Shown here piece after piece: positions 56,248-64,000 of a stretch of DNA of 64,000 nucleotides. The notes below the pieces were generated by a model that was not told the DNA's origin, did not search any database, and saw only the letters and a program-made list of their open reading frames with translations. Positions within the stretch are counted from its first letter, which is position 1; each line of letters begins with the position of its first letter. The translations under genes were made by a program, and so were the position numbers. Source of the DNA: Bdellovibrionota bacterium (GTDB taxonomy: Bacteria; Bdellovibrionota; UBA1018; UBA923); NCBI GenBank assembly GCA_040754655.1, contig JBFMCE010000001.1, forward strand, positions 9,997 through 73,996. The letters are read 5' to 3'.

Positions 56248-57201
56248 TCAGCGCTCTCTGAGGCTCTTCATATAATCTAGTCTTGCTTGAAACCCCTTGT
56301 CGGTCAGCAAATGATCACAGGCTTTGGTCGAAGCCGTTGACTCAATTTCCCTGTGCATTTCATGGGTCATCGCCTCATACAACCTTTGGCGATCTTCTTG
56401 AATCGCTTCCAGCAACTTCATTCTAGCGGGGTCAAGTTGCCAACCATGGATCAAGTATCTTTCATTGAAATTCGAGAACTTTCCCCACAAATACAGAAAT
56501 GGGGTCGAATGAATCAAATGATCGCGCTCTAAGCCGTGAGCCTTTTCTTTCGAGTTGTCGAGATGAAACTCTAAGAGTCTCGCCAGATCTTCCCGAGAGC
56601 GAACAAGCGATACTCTTCCGACGTCAAGATAGCGCCATCCTTTTGTCGTATAAGCGATATTTTTCCCGCGAAAGTCAAAAGCATGGGTTACTAGCGAAAT
56701 TTTTCGGGCAAATTCGATGAATTCGTCCCAGTGCATTTTAGACAGGGTTGGGTAATACCCAAGAATCTCCAGTTCTTCGACCTCTATCCATTCGCCTCTG
56801 GCGGAGCCGAAAAATTCTGGGGTTATCTCAGGCATGCCGGCAAGCGTTTTGTATCCTTCCTCGATCGCCATAGAGATGTAAAAGCTCGCGTTTTTAAGTG
56901 TCTTGCTGAATTTTGAAATGACCGGGAATTGAATGACTCGTCCTGGACTGTCTTTATTGCGCCAGGTTTGCTTTAGATTTCCTGCACCCAGAAACTCACC
57001 CAGCACGACCTCCCGATCACTGAAAATAACCACGTCGCCTGGTTTAAGTTTACCTGAAATTTTGATGTATTTCTTGTCATCAACGGCAGGGGAGCCTTCG
57101 CGGTAAAGGACGTACTCTTCGGCATGCAGGTCATGAGAAATGAGATGAGACCAAACGAAAAACAAGGCAAAGAAAGCGAGTGGGCGACGGTTTTGCGTCA
57201 T
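56248..57201 (-). CDS. hypothetical exported protein
   Basis: Signal peptide (LAFFALFFVWSHLISHDLHA). An HxxDxxxxN-like stretch and a YLDVG stretch hint at a kinase-like fold, but this is very tentative. Confidence 0.4.
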   Translation of the reverse strand: MTQNRRPLAFFALFFVWSHLISHDLHAEEYVLYREGSPAVDDKKYIKISGKLKPGDVVIFSDREVVLGEFLGAGNLKQTWRNKDSPGRVIQFPVISKFSKTLKNASFYISMAIEEGYKTLAGMPEITPEFFGSARGEWIEVEELEILGYYPTLSKMHWDEFIEFARKISLVTHAFDFRGKNIAYTTKGWRYLDVGRVSLVRSREDLARLLEFHLDNSKEKAHGLERDHLIHSTPFLYLWGKFSNFNERYLIHGWQLDPARMKLLEAIQEDRQRLYEAMTHEMHREIESTASTKACDHLLTDKGFQARLDYMKSLRER

Positions 57202-57305
57202 GCGCCATCGTTATTAACATAAACGACTCTTGTTTTATAGTTTGAACGTAGCAAAACAAAGCATCACTGAACCGTGGTCGGCAAATGGAAGTTTTTAGAT
57301 TGATT

Positions 57306-57827
57306 TCAGGCCGCTTTTTTTGTCACGGAATCGGCGGCTTTCGAGCTTGGTTCAACAGCGCCGGCAGGCATTCTTGAGCGCATGTACTCCATTTGCCTGT
57401 TGTAAGCCTCGGCGACTTCTTCGAAGTAATCGCCGTCTCGAAACTTGATCCCATCAAGGGTTTCACCCTTGGCTACGCGCTCGCAATGGTTGCGAAGCCT
57501 TAACATCGGGCCAGCGACGCGGTTCGAGAATGCGAGGCCTGCTACCGTTGTGAAAAGTATGGTCGCGCCAGACACAATGGCGAAGAACCAGGTGAGAAGA
57601 TCTTCCATGTTCGAAAGCACCCGAAAAAATGGATCAGATGATCGCAAGCCCGCTTCGATCGCATAGCCCGTGTATTTGGCGAAGAAGTAGCAGCTTGTAG
57701 CGTAGAACAATCCGCATGCGATGAGCGCCGTCAGCCCGCAAAAGGCCAGGAATCTAAGCTGAAAAGGCTCATTCACCAAGAATTGCCGTCGCATGTTTCC
57801 GAGTTTCTTTTTGAGTAGGATCTTCAT
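57306..57827 (-). CDS. hypothetical membrane protein
   Basis: Two TM helices (LRFLAFCGLTALIACGLFY and LTWFFAIVSGATILFTTVAGLAF). Start uncertain between 57827 and 57923. Confidence 0.35.
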   Translation of the reverse strand: MKILLKKKLGNMRRQFLVNEPFQLRFLAFCGLTALIACGLFYATSCYFFAKYTGYAIEAGLRSSDPFFRVLSNMEDLLTWFFAIVSGATILFTTVAGLAFSNRVAGPMLRLRNHCERVAKGETLDGIKFRDGDYFEEVAEAYNRQMEYMRSRMPAGAVEPSSKAADSVTKKAA

Positions 57828-57921
57828 GATAGCCGTTTCGTCAGAACCACGGAAAAAGGTGAGGCCCAAGAATGAACCAGAAATATTTTGCCTATCTCTC
57901 GTGACCGCTGGCCCTGATACC

Positions 57922-59091
57922 ATGAATAGCTGGATGCTTCGACACCGATACCAGACGCGACATCTGTTTTTCTTTGGGCTTGCCTTGGTGATTTCTAATC
58001 CACATGAGCCTTATGCGCTCGCCCGGGGAATCGCAAAAGAAAAACCCGACCATGTGTTGTGCCAAAAGTGGACCGTTCGCGAATGGAATGATTTTAGATC
58101 TAAGGCCGCACTCACCTATCCAAGATTCGCTTACACGGTTTTTGATAAAGTCTTCCAAAAATGCGAGGCTAGGATTCGTGCGCTTGGGTTGACCGAATGC
58201 TTTAAGAATATGAAGGGCCTTACCGCCCTGAAGCGGGTCATGAGCATCGAAAACGGCATGGGATTTGATATCCCAACTCGTCAGTATCTCGCGAAGCAAC
58301 CCAAATGGGTGGTTGAGCTTCCGCACGAGTTTCGGAAAGGCTTGCCTAAGAATTGGAAAGAGGTCGCTGAGACCAAGGGCTGGGAGGTTCTTTATTACCA
58401 TTCCAGCGTTTTGGACGACCGAGACAACGGACGAGCCTTGTTTTATTTCGGCGATGACGATCGAGATCGGTGGATTCAGTTCATTGTTTATCCCAATGGC
58501 GGCGGGCAACTGATTGACTTCATCGGCATTCAAAAAAAAGACAAACCCGGCGGACGCGTGCTGCAAAAGCCAAAGATTTTTTTTCGCGACCTCGCGATCA
58601 AGCCCCCATCTAAAAAGATCGAGACTTTAATTCAAACTTCGCGGTGTGTGGGATGCCACGCGGGCGGAATGCGCCAGATCGAAACCGCGACGAATTCGAT
58701 CGACACGGTATTGTTGAAGGGAAAAGATCCAGATGATATTCCTCTCAAGAGCCTAGCGCAGTATCGGCTCGAACGATTCAACGCGCGCATGCAGGCGTAT
58801 GGCATCTTTGACTGGCACGGTACATACAAGTACTCTCTTCACGGTCCACCGCTGGGCCGAGCTCACGGGTGCGTCGAGTGCCATAATGGCGCAGATCGCA
58901 TGCCTCTTACGGTGAGCACGACCCAGTCGCAGATTGAACATAAAATTTTAGTTGAAAGGTCAATGCCGCCGGCACTCTCTCATTCCGAAGAAGATGAGAA
59001 TCGCCGGCGAGAGATCGCCTCTAAGATTTTCGAAGATTATGTCGTCGACGTACAGGAATGGTTGACTAAAGCACCCTGTCTCAAAGACTAA
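57922..59091 (+). CDS. di-heme c-type cytochrome-like exported protein
   Basis: Two CxxCH motifs (CVGCH and CVECH). N-terminal hydrophobic segment HLFFFGLALVIS. Start taken at the ATG at 57922. Confidence 0.5.
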   Translation: MNSWMLRHRYQTRHLFFFGLALVISNPHEPYALARGIAKEKPDHVLCQKWTVREWNDFRSKAALTYPRFAYTVFDKVFQKCEARIRALGLTECFKNMKGLTALKRVMSIENGMGFDIPTRQYLAKQPKWVVELPHEFRKGLPKNWKEVAETKGWEVLYYHSSVLDDRDNGRALFYFGDDDRDRWIQFIVYPNGGGQLIDFIGIQKKDKPGGRVLQKPKIFFRDLAIKPPSKKIETLIQTSRCVGCHAGGMRQIETATNSIDTVLLKGKDPDDIPLKSLAQYRLERFNARMQAYGIFDWHGTYKYSLHGPPLGRAHGCVECHNGADRMPLTVSTTQSQIEHKILVERSMPPALSHSEEDENRRREIASKIFEDYVVDVQEWLTKAPCLKD

Positions 59092-59140
59092 ATCTGCAAT
59101 GCGCCTTTGCAAGCAAAGCAAAGATTGTTAGTTTCCCTGC

Positions 59141-59794
59141 ATGAGTACGACACAACCAGCACCAGCTAAAGCGCGCATTCGATTGGCTCAGTCGTTTTGG
59201 AACCACGACAATTGCGTTCCGTTTTCGGACGATATCCAGCCCGCAAGCTTGTTCCTCAAGAATAGGCATTATCTTGTGGTTGATATTGAGACGCAGAAGA
59301 TTGCTCAAGACGTCGGCGGGTGGGCGAATATCGACAAGCTTGGCGTTTCGGTAGCGTGCGCCTACGATTCGAAGTCTGGTGAATTTTTAGCATATCGTGA
59401 GAACGAACTCTCTGAATTGCACCGGCTCTGCAAAGAGCGTTTAGTTGTAGGTTACAACATCATTGGTTTTGACCTCAAAGTGCTGACGGCTTACGGTTTT
59501 GAGCCTAAAAAGTTTGATGTTTTTGACATGATGCTCGATGTTGAGCATTCGTCGGGTTGGCGTTATGTGAAGCTCGACAATATCGCCAAAGCGACGCTGG
59601 GGATTGCGAAAATCGCAGACGGATTGCAAGCGGTCGAATGGTACAAACGCGGTGAGATCGACAAGATCATCGAGTATTGCATGAAGGATGTCGAGATCAC
59701 GCGTGACGTGTTCACCTATGGCATGAAAAACGGGCATATCAAGATCGCCCGAAGCGAGGGAGATCCCGCCACTTTTGCAGTTCAGTGGACTTGA
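59141..59794 (+). CDS. DEDDy-type 3'-5' exonuclease (RNase H-like, PolB-exonuclease-related family)
   Basis: Exo I motif YLVVDIETQ, Exo II motif GYNIIGFDLKVL, and Exo III motif YCMKDVEITRDVF. Confidence 0.6.
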   Translation: MSTTQPAPAKARIRLAQSFWNHDNCVPFSDDIQPASLFLKNRHYLVVDIETQKIAQDVGGWANIDKLGVSVACAYDSKSGEFLAYRENELSELHRLCKERLVVGYNIIGFDLKVLTAYGFEPKKFDVFDMMLDVEHSSGWRYVKLDNIAKATLGIAKIADGLQAVEWYKRGEIDKIIEYCMKDVEITRDVFTYGMKNGHIKIARSEGDPATFAVQWT

Positions 59795-59840
59795 AGCGCC
59801 GGAAGCTATGCCGAGCCACCGCTGCGGTTCGGCGATAAAA

Positions 59841-60407
59841 CTACTCCGAATGACCATTATGTTTGAATTTAATTGAACATCCCATGGATGGGATCTGGTT
59901 CTCCCCCACGGGTTGGCCCTGCAGCATCGCTTCCAATGCGAGTTTCAAGTCTTGTTTGGTCACTTTCGCGGGATCTTTCCAGTTGTCATCGATTCGGCCT
60001 CGATAACGAAGTTTAAGATCCTGGTCGAAAACAAAGATATCTGGCGTACAAACCGCTCCATAGGCCTTGGCGACTTCTTGGGTTTCATCGATGAGGTAAG
60101 GAAATGAAAAGCCCACTTCCTCAGCCTGAAGTTTCATGTTTTCGGGCGAGTCTTCGGGATACTTCTCAGTGTCATTTGAATTGATCCCCACGAACTGAAC
60201 ACCCTTTGGCGAAAACTCCCTGGCCAACGCCGCAAGCCTGTCTTGCACTGCGATCACATAAGGGCAGTGCTTGCAGATGAACATCACTACAAGAGCCTTC
60301 TTCCCCTTAAAGTCCTCGAGTGCGTGCCATTTGCCGTCGATGCCCATGAGTTCGAACTTCGGAGCTGATTTTCCTAATGGAACCATTTCAGAATAGGTAA
60401 GTGCCAT
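59841..60407 (-). CDS. thioredoxin-fold thiol-disulfide oxidoreductase (redoxin)
   Basis: CxxC active site FICKHCPYV in a thioredoxin-like fold. No signal peptide. Confidence 0.7.
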   Translation of the reverse strand: MALTYSEMVPLGKSAPKFELMGIDGKWHALEDFKGKKALVVMFICKHCPYVIAVQDRLAALAREFSPKGVQFVGINSNDTEKYPEDSPENMKLQAEEVGFSFPYLIDETQEVAKAYGAVCTPDIFVFDQDLKLRYRGRIDDNWKDPAKVTKQDLKLALEAMLQGQPVGENQIPSMGCSIKFKHNGHSE

Positions 60408-60498
60408 GCGGGCAGTCTAGCGGTCGATTCCAATGAAATCAACAGCTGGCTGCACGCCAGGTGACTCTATGAAACGAGTTTGTTAGTGTTCACAAGCA

Positions 60499-62100
60499 AT
60501 GGAATTCGATTTTGACTATATCGTCATTGGATCAGGGTTCGGGGGCAGCGTGTCTGCCATGAGGCTGGCCGAGAAGGGCTATAAAGTCTGCGTGCTCGAG
60601 CGTGGCAAGCGTTACCGGGCTTCTGATTTCGCGAAAACCAATTGGGATCTGAAGCGCTATCTGTGGATGCCCCTTTTGCGCTGTTTCGGCATTCAGAACA
60701 TCAGTTTATTCAAAAACGTCCTCATTTTAAGCGGGACCGGAGTGGGCGGGGGAAGCCTTGTTTACGCCAATACTTTGCTTGAACCCGGGGACGCCTTTTA
60801 TCAAGCTCCGCAATGGAGTGGGCTTGCTGATTGGAAGCAAGAACTCAAGCCTTGCTATGAGACCGCCAAGAAAATGTTGGGCGTTGCGCCCAATCCTTTT
60901 ACCAGTGAGGTCGATCGGAAATTAAACGAGGTCGCTCAAGAGTTGGGGCGAGCCCACACCTTTGAGAGCGTCAATGTGGGCATCTATTTTGGCAAGGAAG
61001 GCGAGAAACCGGGCACGCAAAATGCGGATCCCTATTTTGGGGGTGCCGGACCTGAACGAAATTCTTGCATGCTCTGTGGGGCCTGCATGGTGGGCTGCCG
61101 CCACAATGCAAAGAATACGCTAGATAAAAACTACCTCTATTTTGCCGAAAAGTACGGGGCGGAAATCTGGCCTGAATCGAATGTCTGTGACATTCGCAAG
61201 CTCTCGCGAGGGGGGTACGAAGTCTATCTTGAACGTTCGACCTCTTGGTTCTTTAGCAAGCGTCGCCGTGTTTTGACGTCACGAGGCGTTGTATTTGCGG
61301 CGGGGGTTTTGGGTACGGTGAACTTGTTGTTTCGATGCCGAGATGTGACGAGGTCGTTGCCGGCGATTTCGCAAAAACTTGGACACAGCGTAAGAACCAA
61401 TAGTGAGGCTCTTATTGGCGTGACTACGAAAGACAGGCAAAAAGACTTCTCACAGGGTATCGCGATCACCTCGGGCTTTTACGCCGATGAAAACACCCAC
61501 ATCGAGCCAGTGAGGTATCCCAAAGGTTCGTCTTTCATGAAGTTGTTGGCGGCCCCGATGGCTGATGAAGGGGGGCGATTCTTGCGCCCGCTCAAGATGG
61601 TCGCTTCAACTATTTTTCATCCGGTCGATACGTTGCGCCTTTTAATGAACACGCGTTGGGCCGAAAGCACCGTGATCTTGCTCGTGATGCAGACCCTCGA
61701 CAATAAGATGAAATTCAAGCTTGGTCGAAATTTGCTCACTCTTTTTCGAAAAAGACTCACTACCGAAGTCGATCCATCGCAGCGCGTTCCTTCTTATATT
61801 GCCGTTGGCCATAAGGTTGCTCGAATGCTGGCGAAAAAAATCGATGGAATCCCACAGAGCGCTGTGAACGAAGTTCTGCTGCAAATTCCCACGACAGCGC
61901 ATATCTTGGGTGGTTGCGCCATTGCAGCGAGCCCTGATGAGGGAGTCATTGATCAAAACCATAAGGTCTTTGGCTACGAGAATATGTACGTTTGTGATGG
62001 ATCCGTGATTCCCGCAAATTTAGGCGTCAATCCTAGTCTCACAATCACAGCTATGACCGAGCGTTGCATGAGCAAAATTCCGCGCAAGACTGGATCTTAA
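60499..62100 (+). CDS. GMC family oxidoreductase (cholesterol oxidase-like)
   Basis: N-terminal FAD motif DYIVIGSGFGGSVSA plus the C-terminal GMC region. Confidence 0.8.
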   Translation: MEFDFDYIVIGSGFGGSVSAMRLAEKGYKVCVLERGKRYRASDFAKTNWDLKRYLWMPLLRCFGIQNISLFKNVLILSGTGVGGGSLVYANTLLEPGDAFYQAPQWSGLADWKQELKPCYETAKKMLGVAPNPFTSEVDRKLNEVAQELGRAHTFESVNVGIYFGKEGEKPGTQNADPYFGGAGPERNSCMLCGACMVGCRHNAKNTLDKNYLYFAEKYGAEIWPESNVCDIRKLSRGGYEVYLERSTSWFFSKRRRVLTSRGVVFAAGVLGTVNLLFRCRDVTRSLPAISQKLGHSVRTNSEALIGVTTKDRQKDFSQGIAITSGFYADENTHIEPVRYPKGSSFMKLLAAPMADEGGRFLRPLKMVASTIFHPVDTLRLLMNTRWAESTVILLVMQTLDNKMKFKLGRNLLTLFRKRLTTEVDPSQRVPSYIAVGHKVARMLAKKIDGIPQSAVNEVLLQIPTTAHILGGCAIAASPDEGVIDQNHKVFGYENMYVCDGSVIPANLGVNPSLTITAMTERCMSKIPRKTGS

Positions 62101-62164
62101 AGAAGGTTGCACTGGCTTCGGCGTACCATGACATTTTTGGGTTCTACACTAGCTTTCTGATTAA

Positions 62165-62974
62165 GTGGCAAAACGAACTCGAACGCGCGGTTGCGTGGTC
62201 GCATTCATGCTTTGGCTCGCATGGCCAGATGGCGCCCAAGCATTCACCTTGATCAGCAATGATCCTCAGCAAAGGGGTTGGCAGGCTTCCGCGCTTGAAG
62301 TGAATATCAATGTCTCAAGCTGTCCACCGGAACTCGATGTGCCCGCTCTTTTATCGGCAGCAGCTGAGTTGTGGAATCGGGGAGCGGGTTTGCCGATTCG
62401 AATTTCTCTGGGCGAAAATTCTCAAACCACTTCAGAGACCGCGCTTGCGGGCAGTGCGTCTGATGCTCCATTGCTGATTTGCGATAGCAGGTTTTCTGAG
62501 AGTTCAGGGCAAGATGGAAACTTCGTTCCCGGGATCACAACGGTTCTTATCGATGAAGACAGTAATCACCTTATTTATGGTTTCATCTTACTCAACGTCC
62601 AAGACGGCACACGAGCGAGCATCAAGAATCTTTCGAGAACGCGAATCATGGTGGTGATCGCCCATGAGCTTGGCCATCTCTTGGGCCTTGGGCATTCGTC
62701 CGATCCAGATGCGCTGATGTACTTCGAAGTGAGCAACAAACCCGTGCCACGGCTCGCGAGTGATGACATCGATGGCGCCCGTTATGTTTACCGTCCGGTT
62801 TCTTCAGATGGCGATGACGAGAATGAGGGTTGCGGCACGGTGTTCGATGCGCAGGGTGGGTCGCCTCCAAACAACAGTAAGTTTTCTACCTTGTGGTCAG
62901 CTCTTTTTTTAATGATGGCGGCTCATCTGACCCGGCGTCGCCGAAAAGGCCATGCTTCAAACGAGCCGCCTTGA
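62165..62974 (+). CDS. secreted matrixin-like zinc metalloprotease with a C-terminal TM/Arg-rich tail
   Basis: Signal peptide. HELGHLLGLGHS is the metzincin HExxHxxGxxH motif, followed by the ALMY Met-turn. Confidence 0.8.
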   Translation: MAKRTRTRGCVVAFMLWLAWPDGAQAFTLISNDPQQRGWQASALEVNINVSSCPPELDVPALLSAAAELWNRGAGLPIRISLGENSQTTSETALAGSASDAPLLICDSRFSESSGQDGNFVPGITTVLIDEDSNHLIYGFILLNVQDGTRASIKNLSRTRIMVVIAHELGHLLGLGHSSDPDALMYFEVSNKPVPRLASDDIDGARYVYRPVSSDGDDENEGCGTVFDAQGGSPPNNSKFSTLWSALFLMMAAHLTRRRRKGHASNEPP

Positions 62975-63027
62975 CACCCACCGAGCGATTCAGTAGCACC
63001 AGTTACGGATCTTCTGAAGGGGGTGCT

Positions 63028-63528
63028 ATGTTCTTCAGTCCAAAAGTTTTGTTGATTGCAGGTTTGTGTGTTTTTGCGCTTGCCGGAGGCGCCAGCGCCG
63101 ACGATGATCCAGCGCCCGCTGCTCCAAAGACAAGACCCAAAATGAGATCTGTCTCTGGCGCGCAGGCATCATGGCTGATTCAAAAGCACCTCAAAAAGGG
63201 ATATTACGAAGGCACGCACGAAGGTCAGAGCTGCAGTGTGAACATCGATAGGTACGGACGCAATCTTTATGCGGAGGTTGACTCCGACGACACTGGTGAA
63301 AAAGGTGTTGTCATAAATCTGAGGTCTAAAAGAGCGGCAAAAGCGCGACTAGAAAAAAACAGCGTATTGATCATCACAGAAACTCTTCAGCCGAACGGAA
63401 AAAAGAAAATCATAGAGTTCATTAGAATCACTAAGCTAAAGGATGCTGAGTTTTTGGTGAAGGGAGGGATCAATTCAGCTTCTGATGAAAAGTATCTCGT
63501 CTCGACTTGCAAGGTCAGGCCGGAGTAA
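63028..63528 (+). CDS. hypothetical exported protein
   Basis: Start at MFFSPKVLLIAGLCVFALAGGASA (signal peptide), preceded by a GAAGGGGG RBS. Confidence 0.45.
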   Translation: MFFSPKVLLIAGLCVFALAGGASADDDPAPAAPKTRPKMRSVSGAQASWLIQKHLKKGYYEGTHEGQSCSVNIDRYGRNLYAEVDSDDTGEKGVVINLRSKRAAKARLEKNSVLIITETLQPNGKKKIIEFIRITKLKDAEFLVKGGINSASDEKYLVSTCKVRPE

Positions 63529-63531
63529 GGT

Positions 63532-64000
63532 TTACGGGCCGCTTGAGGCCGAGTTGCCTTGGCTATCGATGTAATACACGAACCCTGAACCATCGCCTCC
63601 GACGTGCATATTGCCTCCGCCTGCGGAGAGTGAGCGCCTCCAAGGGCCTTTTCCACTGGCTTGTGCAGCTGCTTGCGCAAGCGCATAGAGATTGAAAGAT
63701 CTAGGTTGGCCTTCAAGTCCGCCATCGCCTTTGTCATCGACCCAATACCTTCCACGCAGAACCGGGATTCCATATTGTTGAAGTCCAGCGACGTCAGAGG
63801 TGGCAAGTTCTCTTCCGTTGATGAACACGCCGGTGTTTCCCTTAGAAGCGTTGGGTTTCAGGCTGCCACCTAGGTTTTGACCTGCTGGAACTACTCCAGC
63901 TGCACCATGTCCTTCTACCCCCCATGCGCCTGATTTCTTGTCATACCAATAGCGACCAGGCTTGATCTTGATGCGATGGGTTTTCTCGAGCCTTGAAATC
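63532..64000 (-). CDS. hypothetical protein, 5'-partial (continues beyond the window end), with repeated RYW(Y/V)D..G motifs
   Basis: The minus-strand frame is open from 64000 down to the stop at 63532. It contains repeated GRYWYDKKSGAWG and GRYWVDDKGDGG segments. Confidence 0.45.
   Translation of the reverse strand, partial: ISRLEKTHRIKIKPGRYWYDKKSGAWGVEGHGAAGVVPAGQNLGGSLKPNASKGNTGVFINGRELATSDVAGLQQYGIPVLRGRYWVDDKGDGGLEGQPRSFNLYALAQAAAQASGKGPWRRSLSAGGGNMHVGGDGSGFVYYIDSQGNSASSGP

Overview
This is a 64 kb chromosomal segment of about 50% GC that is densely coding on both strands. Its character is Bdellovibrio-like: many exported proteins and lipoproteins, eukaryote-like domains, and an eukaryote-type kynurenine pathway. 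That organism call is inference only.

The main blocks are:
- **1-6 kb:** a co-directional block of uncharacterised proteins, including two coiled-coil lipoproteins, that ends in a signal-peptide-bearing eukaryote-like Ser/Thr protein kinase.
- **8.8-16.7 kb:** an Rrf2-regulated suf Fe-S assembly operon (rrf2-sufC-sufD-sufS-sufU-sufT-sufB), with a SAM methyltransferase and a ROK kinase appended in translational overlap.
- **16.8-27.5 kb:** a response regulator, gdhA, queA, two short-chain dehydrogenases, an XRE-cupin regulator, B12-dependent metH followed by a MetE/UroD-like gene, and bcp.
- **27.5-32 kb:** a leucine-rich-repeat protein divergently paired with a 7TM receptor carrying a degenerate class III cyclase domain, plus a lipoprotein with a formylglycine-generating-enzyme/SUMF1-type domain.
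- **33-41.3 kb:** a complete, translationally coupled kynurenine-to-central-metabolism cluster (kynB, aldehyde dehydrogenase, RidA, 3-hydroxyanthranilate dioxygenase, ACMS decarboxylase, kynU, KMO, an SDR, and a divergent hydratase), flanked by MFS transporters.
- **44.5-50.7 kb:** a GNAT acetyltransferase, a CPA2 antiporter, a MATE exporter, and TfoX.
- **about 50.7-56.1 kb:** a tRNA-Ser(CGA)-associated island. It carries a decayed integrase, an AlpA-like excisionase ORF that the ORF track missed, a MobC-like gene, a possible effector/immunity-like pair, a LysR regulator, and a translationally coupled two-gene module of unknown function next to the tRNA.
- **56.2-64 kb:** exported hypothetical proteins, a di-heme cytochrome c-like protein, a DEDDy exonuclease, a redoxin, a GMC oxidoreductase, and a matrixin.

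The best candidates for something undescribed are the tRNA-Ser island modules, the secreted kinase block, and the LRR/7TM-cyclase pair.
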